A stretch of DNA of 64,000 nt from a virus. Shown here piece by piece: positions 38,829-47,711 of the stretch. Location: the IMG/VR virus record IMGVR_UViG_3300027708_000023. One strand, written 5' to 3'. The position numbers and the translations under genes are program-made. Positions within the stretch are counted from its first letter, which is position 1. Each line of letters opens with the position of its first letter. Below the pieces are notes generated by a model that worked only from the letters and a program-made list of their open reading frames with translations, was not told the DNA's origin and made no database searches.

Positions 38829-38909
38829 AAGATGGTAACGGAATCGAACCGTTATTGTATGATAGTAAAAACTATATAGGTACTATCTTACAAGTTCCAA
38901 ACACCACCT
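38829..38909 (-). ncRNA. tRNA-like structured RNA lacking a canonical anticodon arm
   Basis: Acceptor-like AGGTGGT/ACCATCT; T-arm AACGG-TTCGATT-CCGTT; long central helix TTGTA.GATAGTA/TACTATC.TACAA. Confidence 0.55.
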
Positions 38910-38922
38910 TGACTATCAAGAA

Positions 38923-39798
38923 TCAATACTGATCATCCTCATCGTCATAATCTTCATCCTCATCCTCGTCATCATCTTCATCTTCGTTATCAAACTGATC
39001 CCAATAGCTTTCATCATAATCATTTAGATAATCGTCCTCATCATCCTCGTAATCGTCCTGACTAAAATCAGCCTTATAAAGAGGCTTGAGCAATTCGCCC
39101 TCATACTCACCAACTACTTCGTAGCGGCAAGTGCGGAGCTTTTCATAGTTGCAATCACTAGGAACACTCACAACATCCTTGGGATTAATCTTGACAATCA
39201 CGATGCGGTCGCCAGCCTCAAGACTACCATAACCAGCAACATAATTCAATGCTCCAGCATGAAGTCCATTAGAACAACCACGACCACGATCATCATCTAC
39301 CTTTGCTCTTTGCATTTGGCAGACCTGACCAACCCTATTGTCGAAAACTCCTCTGTACTTATCCTTAAAGTCTGAACGAACAGCCTTATAAGCGAGGAAG
39401 AAACCATCCTCAGTGATAGGCAGATGCTCATGCTCCAAGAAATCATACAGTTCCTTCTGACTCTGCATACTTGGATTTTCCATGAGATTATTCAGAAAAT
39501 TAACAAGGGGCTGGAACGGCAATCCCTTGCTCATAAACTCCAGAATACGCTTACTGATACTACCATGAACTTCTTCACCCTCATAAAGAACCTGTCCATT
39601 CTTGATCTCCACAAGACCATCGCTAAAAGCAGCAACAGCCTTTTGAACATCAACAACTTCCAACAGTTCCTCTGCCGTAGCAGAAGGAAGTCTTTCCAGA
39701 ATCAACTTATAGTTGATATGATCTGGCAACACCTGATAACTCTGATTATTAAGAACCAGCGTCAAATTACCATCAACAAACATAAACGGAACAGCCAT
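38923..39798 (-). CDS. rIIB: rIIB-like protein
   Basis: LPITEDGFFLAYKAV, CSNGLH, VKINPKDVVSVP.D...KLRTCRYEV; acidic tail. Confidence 0.9.
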   Translation of the reverse strand: MAVPFMFVDGNLTLVLNNQSYQVLPDHINYKLILERLPSATAEELLEVVDVQKAVAAFSDGLVEIKNGQVLYEGEEVHGSISKRILEFMSKGLPFQPLVNFLNNLMENPSMQSQKELYDFLEHEHLPITEDGFFLAYKAVRSDFKDKYRGVFDNRVGQVCQMQRAKVDDDRGRGCSNGLHAGALNYVAGYGSLEAGDRIVIVKINPKDVVSVPSDCNYEKLRTCRYEVVGEYEGELLKPLYKADFSQDDYEDDEDDYLNDYDESYWDQFDNEDEDDDEDEDEDYDDEDDQY

Positions 39799-39842
39799 AA
39801 TCCAAACTCCTAGTTTTTAGTTACGATACCTGTGATACTGTC

Positions 39843-39880
39843 ATTTTACACTAATCGGCAAGCTTGTCAAGGGGTCTTGA
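39843..39880 (-). promoter_or_regulatory. Dual promoter: TTGACA-N16-TAAAAT plus TCAA-N17-GCCGAT
   Basis: Read directly upstream of rIIB. Confidence 0.7.
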
Positions 39881-39891
39881 GAAATTTCTGA

Positions 39892-42570
39892 CTACTTGAT
39901 CAAACTACTCAACTGAATCTTAAATAGGTCAATATTTTCCTGGCTCATCTGCTCGACCCAATCCCTACTCTGCTTTCCATAGTATGAGCGATCTTCAATG
40001 ATAGGATTCTGATTAGACTTAAGATCTACCAGATTGCCTGTTACTTGATGATTTCCCATAATGACCTTGAGCATAGGATTCTTGTCTACCTCAGTCTTAA
40101 TCTTTTCTCTAATCTCAGAGATTTTCCATGTTTTAATATCTTGAGTAGAAGTTCCACGAATAATTTTGAGATAGCTCTCTACCTCATCTTCTTGACCACT
40201 ATACAAGTAGCCAGAAATCATTCTTGTCAAGGTATTATAAGCCAAGTTAGCATTACGAATCTCTTTACCGTCAACATCTTCGATCCCAGCCTCTTTCATA
40301 AGTTTAGAGATATGGGAAAGATATTCTGTTTGACTGAACCGAGCAATATTAAAAGGACTAAGATGAACAGTATTAGCAAAGAACTCTGTGAGGATAGTTT
40401 TATTCAAGCAATCTACAAGAGTCTTGTTATTAATAAACTTGTCATAATCTAGACCAAAAATATTCAGAATATGAAACATAAACTGCTTATCTGTTGTTCC
40501 GTGCTGATAATATCTGTATCCACCACCACTCTTCTCTTCTGTTGCATAATCCTTCTTGCAATATTCAACAAGCTTGTTGATAGAGCCAAGATTCTTAAAG
40601 TGCTTTTGTGTTACAATTTTGAGTTGACGCTTCAAAAAATCATTGAAGCTAACAAGATTATAGCCATCCTTCTCAAGCTTTTTAATGAAAGCTGTTTTGA
40701 TAGCATAAATCTTACTATTACCAACCAAGTCCTTGACTATGCTCTTCAAAGTATCTTCTTGGAGAGTTTTAGTAATGCTACCGATCTCTGGACAACCAGA
40801 CTCAGACTCAGTTCCATATCTCAGCATGGGAACATAAACAATCTCATCTTGTTCCAGAAAATTCTCTAGCTGTTCTTCTGAAAGAATTCTCAGATGCGTA
40901 GCATCATTGTAAGGATTTGTAATCTGCTTACTGTCCTTGTCATAACCGTGAATAAAGAATACATCTTGGTCACTAACACTACCATTAGAATTTCTATTAT
41001 AAGACTTTCTTGGGCCAGAACTTTGTGTCAGATGCTTATAGTCTGAAACCTTGAGCAGATTTTCAGCCCCTACATCTTCGATCAGTTGATCAAAACCCTC
41101 ATTGCTTTTTGTATGATCCTTAGTGTCGATCATCAGATAAGCAAAGCAATCGTTCGCATTACAAAACCTTGTAAGAATCTTCTTGGCAGTTTCTTCACCC
41201 TTAACATCACACACAAAGAAACTCATCTTACCCTTCTTCTTCTGGTTATTCCAATAATAGGAACCCTTACCAGTAAGAGTTTCATGATGGATTCTGTCTG
41301 TCAGAGCAACTTGGCGGCGAGAACGATAGCCAGCAGTCTTATAATTAAAAACGTACAGACTCTTGCCAGCCGGAATTTTATATTCCAGATCGTTGCCAGA
41401 GTTGATGGGATGATCTTTACCCTTGGGATCAGTCCAAGTAGCACCAACACCCCAGCCGCCAGCCAATTCATTCATAGTATAGTATGAAGTAATTGCCTCT
41501 ACCTTATTCTGGGCAGACTTAATTTTCTTGGAGAATTCTTCCTTCATCTCCATATAGATTTCTTGAGTCTTTTTACGCAGAGTCTTGATAACATCCTTGG
41601 TATACTGCAAACCTTCACGGGAAACGTCCATTTCCAATTGTCCGATACCAAAATCAAGCTCAAGATACAGACCGGAGTTAAGAATCTCTCCCACAAAGCT
41701 CTTCCAAGAATCAATATCTGCTTTCTGAAAAGCCCTATTCCACTTCTGAATATGATCGGGCATCTCATCCTTCTCTTGCCCAACAATCTGTGCGGTCTGA
41801 ACAGGGTACGCAATATTACCCATGATAGCTACGATACCACTATCAATTCGATGATAACCATTAGGGAAATAACTATTATCATTATTGAGCCTGCAAACCC
41901 TCCAACCTTCACCACTAATGATGATATTGGTGTTGCTATACTTATGATCTTGAAGATTATTTCCGATACCACCTTCAATAATGGGTTTCATGCGAAAATA
42001 GTGGAAGATTCTCTTAGCCTTGTCGGTAAACTCTTGAAAGTCATGCTGCTTAACAGCGAAACTAATCTCAAGACCATTAGGCTCAGACGTATCTGAAGTA
42101 TTGAAAAGATTCAGAGTAGGAACACCACTCTCATCAATCGCAGCAATATAGGTATACTTCTTACCATTATAGTATGATGCAGTAGTAAAACTCTTTGTAT
42201 AGGCAAATGGACTCTTAGACCCTAGACCAAGACAACCAACAAAATCATTACTATCGTTCTTGTTAGATGCACCATAAGTTGTATACAAGTCCTCCATATC
42301 GGCCTGACTAAGACCAGTACCATAATCTCTCACCACAAAAGTGGGATTAGCAGCAGTGGGCAAAGTCACCTTAAAGGGGTTCTTATTCCCGGCAGAGATA
42401 TGACTATCATAAGCATTAGTAGAAAGCTCACGAATCGCAGCCATAACCTTATCAGAGTAAAGAGAGTCTGAAAGGATTTTAAACATTTTGCTCGTCTGAG
42501 CAATGTTAAACTGATTCCTGCTTGTAACACCAACACTATGCGTCTCAATCGTCCTATCTGCCAACTTCAT
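39892..42570 (-). CDS. rIIA: rIIA-like protein (GHKL/Hsp90-like ATPase N-terminus)
   Basis: ILSDSLYSDK, RELSTNAYDSH, RDYGTGLS, GCLGLGSKS; adjacent to rIIB. Confidence 0.9.
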   Translation of the reverse strand: MKLADRTIETHSVGVTSRNQFNIAQTSKMFKILSDSLYSDKVMAAIRELSTNAYDSHISAGNKNPFKVTLPTAANPTFVVRDYGTGLSQADMEDLYTTYGASNKNDSNDFVGCLGLGSKSPFAYTKSFTTASYYNGKKYTYIAAIDESGVPTLNLFNTSDTSEPNGLEISFAVKQHDFQEFTDKAKRIFHYFRMKPIIEGGIGNNLQDHKYSNTNIIISGEGWRVCRLNNDNSYFPNGYHRIDSGIVAIMGNIAYPVQTAQIVGQEKDEMPDHIQKWNRAFQKADIDSWKSFVGEILNSGLYLELDFGIGQLEMDVSREGLQYTKDVIKTLRKKTQEIYMEMKEEFSKKIKSAQNKVEAITSYYTMNELAGGWGVGATWTDPKGKDHPINSGNDLEYKIPAGKSLYVFNYKTAGYRSRRQVALTDRIHHETLTGKGSYYWNNQKKKGKMSFFVCDVKGEETAKKILTRFCNANDCFAYLMIDTKDHTKSNEGFDQLIEDVGAENLLKVSDYKHLTQSSGPRKSYNRNSNGSVSDQDVFFIHGYDKDSKQITNPYNDATHLRILSEEQLENFLEQDEIVYVPMLRYGTESESGCPEIGSITKTLQEDTLKSIVKDLVGNSKIYAIKTAFIKKLEKDGYNLVSFNDFLKRQLKIVTQKHFKNLGSINKLVEYCKKDYATEEKSGGGYRYYQHGTTDKQFMFHILNIFGLDYDKFINNKTLVDCLNKTILTEFFANTVHLSPFNIARFSQTEYLSHISKLMKEAGIEDVDGKEIRNANLAYNTLTRMISGYLYSGQEDEVESYLKIIRGTSTQDIKTWKISEIREKIKTEVDKNPMLKVIMGNHQVTGNLVDLKSNQNPIIEDRSYYGKQSRDWVEQMSQENIDLFKIQLSSLIK

Positions 42571-42610
42571 CTTATTTCTCCAAAAGTGTTATCGTTCCTG
42601 TGATGGCCCA

Positions 42611-42639
42611 AGTATATCATCGGCAAACCGTCTTGTCAA
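42611..42639 (-). promoter_or_regulatory. Promoter TTGACA-N17-TATACT with embedded GCCGAT
   Basis: Upstream of rIIA. Confidence 0.7.
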
Positions 42640-42887
42640 GCTCCAGTTTTCTTTTCTTGTCTGTCGGCTATTATTTTAAAGCCTATAGCTATGTCTATCA
42701 GACCCAAAACTTTTAAAAAGACCACAGGCAACGTGAATGTCATTCCTCCAACAAATATGCAGAGAAGTCCCATAATCCAGACAACAAGCTTTGGCATCCA
42801 AGAGAATAATGATAAGAGGTAACTTAATGGCCCGATAATTAGCACAGATAAAAAAATAATTGTTACTAGTAGAGCTAAACTAGCCAT
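42636..42887 (-). CDS. Small multi-pass membrane protein
   Basis: Three hydrophobic segments. Confidence 0.7.
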   Translation of the reverse strand: MASLALLVTIIFLSVLIIGPLSYLLSLFSWMPKLVVWIMGLLCIFVGGMTFTLPVVFLKVLGLIDIAIGFKIIADRQEKKTGA

Positions 42888-43201
42888 TAGTATTGATCTT
42901 CTTCATTATCTTCTGGCTCATAATCTTCCTTTTGGTCATAAGGAGTCCAATCTTCATTCTCTTCTTCGTCGTCAATATCTGAGTCATCCATATCATCCAT
43001 ATCAGAAATTAGAATAGTGAATGTATTTAAAAGATCTATAGCTTGTTCGATTTTATTTTCTAAGACCTTCATCTTATTTTCGATATTTTTAATACCCTTT
43101 TTTACTTCAAGAATATCTTTAGTTAAATGGGTATCCATATTATGAATTTCCTTATTGCTTTTCATTACCTCTCTGATTACATCATCAATATTTTTAGACA
43201 T
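42887..43201 (-). CDS. Coiled-coil protein with acidic tail
   Basis: Heptad pattern; GAGG RBS. Confidence 0.7.
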   Translation of the reverse strand: MSKNIDDVIREVMKSNKEIHNMDTHLTKDILEVKKGIKNIENKMKVLENKIEQAIDLLNTFTILISDMDDMDDSDIDDEEENEDWTPYDQKEDYEPEDNEEDQY

Positions 43202-43211
43202 TTTGGCCTCT

Positions 43212-43577
43212 TTATTTTAGGCGTTTGTATTCTTTAATATCACCATTCTCAAGCATCTTCTTATCTTCATAACCTTCTGCCACTCGACGATAATATTCTT
43301 GCTTGATATTTTCTAATACACCAGTAATCACAGCAATCTTAGGGTATGAAACATCCCCCATAACACCCCCTAAAATACGACTAAAAGCATAATTAATGTC
43401 TCCACAAATATCAAGTAATTCTTGATTCGATATTCCTCTATTCTGAGGATTAGACCAAGGATTTTTAATATTGTCATTTGGAACATTGTTTTTCAGACAA
43501 TTTACCATAACATCTATACAATCATCCAAACCTTTTCTATGATCTTCTTTAATATATGGCATTTTAAATTCCTTCAC
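43212..43577 (-). CDS. Conserved phage protein (DUF6899-like)
   Basis: MPYIK...GDINY...GVLENIKQEYYRR...YEDKK..NGD. Confidence 0.7.
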   Translation of the reverse strand: MKEFKMPYIKEDHRKGLDDCIDVMVNCLKNNVPNDNIKNPWSNPQNRGISNQELLDICGDINYAFSRILGGVMGDVSYPKIAVITGVLENIKQEYYRRVAEGYEDKKMLENGDIKEYKRLK

Positions 43578-44088
43578 ACTTACATTTATATCTTAAACAA
43601 TATGAACACTTTGGGCCAGGATCAGAGTTCCCAAAATAATTAGCATAACCATCCCAAGTCTCCTTGCCCGTATCAATACAAACCAATTTCTTTTTTCCTT
43701 CTCTTATAATATAGCCAATATTTAACGAATGGCAGTCCCAAAATTTTAACTTTGTTTTATCGTAAATAGCATCGACCAGCCTTTGTATTTTCCATGATTG
43801 TATATTTACATTAGTGGATTTAGCCAATTCAGTAATATATCCCCACCCACTTATTTGATTAGTAAAAAGTGGCTCGTAACCCATCTTGCATAATTCAGAA
43901 CATACTTTGGGAGCAAGATCATGCTTGCTTAACTTAATCTGAATTTTTCTGGCATATTCTGCCCTAGACTTGGAGATAAATTCTTTAAAGCCTAAAAACG
44001 GTTGGTTAGATATTTTGTATAGAGTACAATAACCACCATCTTCATGATAGTAGTCTGATAGATCAATCTTATATTTAGAATTTACCAT
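43564..44088 (-). CDS. Minimal protein-kinase-like protein
   Basis: GGYCTLY, GFKEF, APKV, ITE, DCHSLN (catalytic loop), IDTG (DFG-like). Confidence 0.65.
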   Translation of the reverse strand: MVNSKYKIDLSDYYHEDGGYCTLYKISNQPFLGFKEFISKSRAEYARKIQIKLSKHDLAPKVCSELCKMGYEPLFTNQISGWGYITELAKSTNVNIQSWKIQRLVDAIYDKTKLKFWDCHSLNIGYIIREGKKKLVCIDTGKETWDGYANYFGNSDPGPKCSYCLRYKCKCEGI

Positions 44089-44089
44089 A

Positions 44090-44407
44090 TCAATAAGAGA
44101 TAATGTCTGGAATTTCGCCAGTAAGATTGTAGAGAAATTCTTTGGCCTTGTCTAGAGTATAAAATTCACCAAGAAAAATAGACTTGTATTCAGCATCGTG
44201 GGAGTATCTTTCTCCATAGATTTGATAATAAGGCTCATCAAGACCTTCTTCTTCTGAATCTAGAAAGTGTTCAGCACTCCTAATCTCATCTATATAAGAC
44301 CCACCCTCATAGTCGCTGAACTCTCGCACAGTAACCAATAAGAAATATTCTATGGGTGATTTAGGATTATTATTCTTAACCCTACCATTACACAAACTAT
44401 TGCTCAT
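44090..44407 (-). CDS. Hypothetical protein
   Basis: Packed ORF. Confidence 0.65.
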   Translation of the reverse strand: MSNSLCNGRVKNNNPKSPIEYFLLVTVREFSDYEGGSYIDEIRSAEHFLDSEEEGLDEPYYQIYGERYSHDAEYKSIFLGEFYTLDKAKEFLYNLTGEIPDIISY

Positions 44408-44418
44408 GATTTTTCCTA

Positions 44419-44649
44419 TTAAGACTCAAGGGAATTTTTTAAAGCTTGCATCTGTTGAGATATTTTTAGATACTCATTAGTTTGCTGAACAGCAAATTCA
44501 TTAGCTCTATAAACTTCTGCTGCCCATTCTTTATTCTTATCTCTTAGTTTTTTAAGTTCGTCTTTGGCATTTTGAACAAAGAAAAGATCAGCACCAGCAC
44601 TCCATGCAAAATCAATAATAGCTTCAAGAGGATCAGAATTTTTATTCAT
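44419..44649 (-). CDS. Hypothetical protein
   Basis: Packed ORF. Confidence 0.6.
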   Translation of the reverse strand: MNKNSDPLEAIIDFAWSAGADLFFVQNAKDELKKLRDKNKEWAAEVYRANEFAVQQTNEYLKISQQMQALKNSLES

Positions 44650-44651
44650 AT

Positions 44652-44882
44652 TTATATCCTACGATTTTTAAGTTGTTCTATTTCTCTTTCCAACTTAGCT
44701 ACTCTTTCGTATATATCATAGTTAGCTAATCGTGGCAAATCTTTTGCTGGAGTTTTGCCGTCTCCAATTCTGGTATCCCATAATTTAGCAACACAATCAT
44801 ACTCGTATAAAAATAACTCACCAAGCTTGGGAATAAGATCACAATCCTTCTTGGCTTTCGGCAGACTAAAAGATCCATTCAT
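44652..44882 (-). CDS. Hypothetical protein
   Basis: PKLGE...RIGDGKT...LP resembles the fibre-associated KIGDG motif. Confidence 0.6.
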   Translation of the reverse strand: MNGSFSLPKAKKDCDLIPKLGELFLYEYDCVAKLWDTRIGDGKTPAKDLPRLANYDIYERVAKLEREIEQLKNRRI

Positions 44883-45079
44883 TTTAATACAGTAATTTCT
44901 GCTCCCTTGAATTCAGGCTTATAATAACCAGTCATACTATCTTTCTGATAAGTTTCTTCAACGATAAATTTAATATCACAGTCTGGAGCTTCAACACCAA
45001 CTTCTGTAAGATATCTCTCAATAGCTTCTCTAATATCGTCAGGAGTTAAAGTAATATGTTTTCTATCGTGAATTTTCAT
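44879..45079 (-). CDS. Hypothetical protein
   Basis: Coupled ORF. Confidence 0.6.
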   Translation of the reverse strand: MKIHDRKHITLTPDDIREAIERYLTEVGVEAPDCDIKFIVEETYQKDSMTGYYKPEFKGAEITVLK

Positions 45080-45081
45080 AA

Positions 45082-45312
45082 TTAAAAGTCATCCCCCATT
45101 CGATATTCATCAAACTTTTCTTTACACTCTTCATTAGCGTCATAATATCCAATATCATAACCTTGTTCGTGGCCCATAGCATACGCCGCCATCATCCATT
45201 TGATTATATCGTCAGTTTTACCTTTTGCAACACAATTTCTTATATCGCTTATAGCTCTTTCATGTCTAAGGCTATATCCTTCAACTTCATTTATCCAGTG
45301 GTCGAATGTCAT
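45082..45312 (-). CDS. Hypothetical protein
   Basis: Packed ORF. Confidence 0.6.
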   Translation of the reverse strand: MTFDHWINEVEGYSLRHERAISDIRNCVAKGKTDDIIKWMMAAYAMGHEQGYDIGYYDANEECKEKFDEYRMGDDF

Positions 45313-45341
45313 AAGAGTAAACTCATTTTAAAAAGATGAAG

Positions 45342-45414
45342 TAGGAGTGGTGAGAATCGAACTCACACTGGATGGATTTTAAGTCCATTGTCTCTGCCGT
45401 TGGACTACACTCCC
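45342..45414 (-). tRNA. tRNA-Leu(UAA), short variable loop, no encoded CCA
   Basis: GGGAGTG/CACTCCT acceptor; ATGGA-CTTAAAA-TCCAT anticodon arm; GTGAG-TTCGATT-CTCAC T-arm. Confidence 0.9.
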
Positions 45415-45416
45415 AT

Positions 45417-45505
45417 ATACTTCCAAGCTACATATCATAACAATTAGTTAGATGTTTGTCTATATTGTCTCTAATAATGTTTATGAGGGATGTAGTTGGA
45501 AGCAT
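45417..45505 (-). ncRNA. Long irregular hairpin immediately 5' of tRNA-Leu
   Basis: ATGCTTCCAA.CTACAT..TCATAA..ATTAG pairs with CTAAT..TTATGA.ATGTAG.TTGGAAGTAT. Confidence 0.4.
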
Positions 45506-45521
45506 TTGGTTTACACTAAAC

Positions 45522-45806
45522 TCAACCGTTAGAGTGAGCAGCCTTTAGACGGCGAACTGTCTCAGCCATAGCCTCGACATTATCCACGGTCTTTGTGGGC
45601 TTTGCTCGCTCCATCGCGGGCAGTTCCTCACCCTTCTTAGCCAGAGATGCCTTGGTACGGGCATAACGAGCCATCGTACTAGCAATCTTCTGACCCGTCT
45701 TTGACGCAATTTCAGCATAAGTCTTGCTGGAAAAAACTGCCTCAAGGAACTGGTCATCACTGCAACGAATACGACTCTGCTTCTCTGTAGTAGTAACTTC
45801 AGCCAT
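45522..45806 (-). CDS. Small HTH-like protein
   Basis: GGAGG RBS before MAEVTT; TYAEIASKTGQKIASTMAR helix-turn-helix-like. Confidence 0.65.
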   Translation of the reverse strand: MAEVTTTEKQSRIRCSDDQFLEAVFSSKTYAEIASKTGQKIASTMARYARTKASLAKKGEELPAMERAKPTKTVDNVEAMAETVRRLKAAHSNG

Positions 45807-45866
45807 AATAAAATCCTCCAAATTATTAACCAATCTTACAAGCAAGGCTCAGTCGCATGACTGATC

Positions 45867-46484
45867 TTACCTCGCGTTGTTCCTTCGATTATACAGCATT
45901 GTATCGTCAATGTCAATGGGCGACCTTGAAATTTTTTTCGTTCTCGCCAGAAATTGTTGTTGAACGTCTTTAAAACTCCAAGGAGTACCAAACTGTACCC
46001 CATCTCTTTTATTATCCACGCCTACATCAAGCGTGAGGCTTCCAGAAGCAACGTCCTCACGATGCAGTCTGCCATGAACATGACCATAAAGCATCCAGCT
46101 TTTCCTATAGCTACCAGACCAACTTCTCATAGGATAATGACACATGAATATTTTTTGATTAATATACAGAATCATTTTTTGGTCAGAAACACTAGAGAAT
46201 CCACTAGTGAATCTAGTTGGTTCATCATGATTACCAAGAATAATATGAACATTCTCACAAACTATTCTTTCTCTATAAGATAGAGCAGTTCCACCCTTAT
46301 GGCAGAAATCTCCTATAATATAAAGAATATCGTTTTGTCCAACAGTTTCGTTTATAGAAGAAATAATTTTAGCATCCATTTCTCCACCATCAGAGAATGG
46401 ACGATTACAATATCCTATGATATTCCGATGTCCAAGATGAAGATCAGCAGTAAAAAATACTTTCTGACCGACTATCTTATCCAT
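45867..46484 (-). CDS. Calcineurin-like metallophosphoesterase
   Basis: ADLHLGH, IGDF, GNHD, CHYP, GHVH. Confidence 0.9.
   Translation of the reverse strand: MDKIVGQKVFFTADLHLGHRNIIGYCNRPFSDGGEMDAKIISSINETVGQNDILYIIGDFCHKGGTALSYRERIVCENVHIILGNHDEPTRFTSGFSSVSDQKMILYINQKIFMCHYPMRSWSGSYRKSWMLYGHVHGRLHREDVASGSLTLDVGVDNKRDGVQFGTPWSFKDVQQQFLARTKKISRSPIDIDDTMLYNRRNNAR
45888..45929 (-). promoter_or_regulatory. Dual promoter: TTGACA-N17-TATAAT plus TCAA-N17-GACGATA
   Basis: Read directly; overlaps the 3' end of the phosphoesterase ORF. Confidence 0.7.
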
Positions 46485-46488
46485 TGTA

Positions 46489-46674
46489 TTAATCCTCTGT
46501 TGGAAGAACCAGTGCCATTATTAAATATACCCAGAAAAGAATACTGCCAGTGAAAATTGCACCAGCAACAAATCCTAGTCTTATTACAGAAACATCTACT
46601 CCTATGCTCTCCGATATTCCCCCACAAACACCCAAGAAAACTCTGTTCTTATTACTCTTGTGAAGTTGGCTCAT
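46489..46674 (-). CDS. pspC: PspC-domain membrane protein
   Basis: NRVFLGVCGGISE...IRL...YLIMALVLP. Confidence 0.85.
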   Translation of the reverse strand: MSQLHKSNKNRVFLGVCGGISESIGVDVSVIRLGFVAGAIFTGSILFWVYLIMALVLPTED

Positions 46675-46770
46675 AAGTAGACCCCTTAGTTATTTGTTGA
46701 ATCTGATAGTCTGAATATCCAGACATTAACATTGCTTGGTGGTAGCCGATAATTGGAATTAGTTCGTGTA

Positions 46771-47064
46771 TCATGATTTTTCCTTTGGTGAGTATAGAGT
46801 AACCTTAATTATTATATACCCGTCCTGCTCACTGTCAATATTTTGTATTGAGGATATTCTTCCCTTACCCAAGAAAGAGTCGCCAACTAATAAGAATGGC
46901 CCACCATCTAGATTAGCAGAAGTTATTACTGATATGTCTGATTGACAACCAAATCTAGCCCAATCGCTTTCTCCCTCAATTAAATATTCGTATTCGCCAA
47001 CTTGTGTTATTATTCTTTTATTTTTGTCTTTAGATCGTAAGCACTGGCTCATTAAAAGCCTCAC
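46771..47064 (-). CDS. Hypothetical protein
   Basis: LDGGPFL motif; packed ORF. Confidence 0.6.
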   Translation of the reverse strand: MRLLMSQCLRSKDKNKRIITQVGEYEYLIEGESDWARFGCQSDISVITSANLDGGPFLLVGDSFLGKGRISSIQNIDSEQDGYIIIKVTLYSPKEKS

Positions 47065-47245
47065 TGTCGAGAATATAACCTTGATTATTTTCTGACGCTA
47101 GGTTAGCAAGAGCGTCTTTTAGTCTTTGATTTTCTGATTCAAGCGTGTTCATTATTCTTTCAGCTTGATTTAAAGCTTTCTGAAGAGATTTAACTCTGTT
47201 TGCTAATTGATCGTTCATATATTCTGCTGCTGTTCTGACAACCAT
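47030..47245 (-). CDS. Coiled-coil protein
   Basis: AAGGAGG RBS; heptads. Confidence 0.65.
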   Translation of the reverse strand: MVVRTAAEYMNDQLANRVKSLQKALNQAERIMNTLESENQRLKDALANLASENNQGYILDSEAFNEPVLTI

Positions 47246-47292
47246 GATTAGCCTCCTTAATATAAGAGCTTGACAACCCTATATTATACACC

Positions 47293-47571
47293 CTATAAGC
47301 TAAGTTCATTTAAGAATTCTTGTAAATCTTTGAGTTGTTTTTTGTCTAGCACCATCTGATCAGCATAAGGTTTTTTGTATACTAAAACTTGAAAACAGTA
47401 TCGTAGTCTCTGCCATAATGACATCTTATTACTGTAGTTTGTATAATTCTCAAATATAGCCAAATCAGCAATATTCCACTCATGATCATATTCGATAACT
47501 AAAATCTCACTCTTACAGGAACACGGAATGAACAGTGTTTTATTTTCTTTTAGATTTGTTACGCTTCCCAT
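47293..47571 (-). CDS. Hypothetical protein
   Basis: CSC..E motif; packed ORF. Confidence 0.6.
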   Translation of the reverse strand: MGSVTNLKENKTLFIPCSCKSEILVIEYDHEWNIADLAIFENYTNYSNKMSLWQRLRYCFQVLVYKKPYADQMVLDKKQLKDLQEFLNELSL

Positions 47572-47668
47572 TTTTTCCCTTTCTAAAAATTCTTTCGTAA
47601 TTTTTTCCCCAAGTTTTTTGATCTATACTTTTTGGTCTAGACCTAGAGCCTTTGCCATTTTGATTCAT
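47540..47668 (-). CDS. Small basic phage protein (not in ORF track)
   Basis: MNQNGKGSRSRPKSIDQKTWEKNYERIF... Confidence 0.55.
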   Translation of the reverse strand: MNQNGKGSRSRPKSIDQKTWGKNYERIFRKGKNGKRNKSKRK

Positions 47669-47711
47669 AATATGTTATTAATTTGAGAGCCTTATAAATT
47701 GAAATAATTTC

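Noticed and set aside
37594-42570. Many long plus-strand ORFs (e.g. 38263..38787, 39424..39813, 40045..40452, 41563..42096)
   Set aside because: They lie antisense to primase, rIIB and rIIA, lack motifs and RBS, and are expected from codon bias
46726-46752. Plus-strand TTAA-N15-GCCGATAA sigma28-like match
   Set aside because: Single antisense instance with no downstream plus-strand gene; cannot be distinguished from chance
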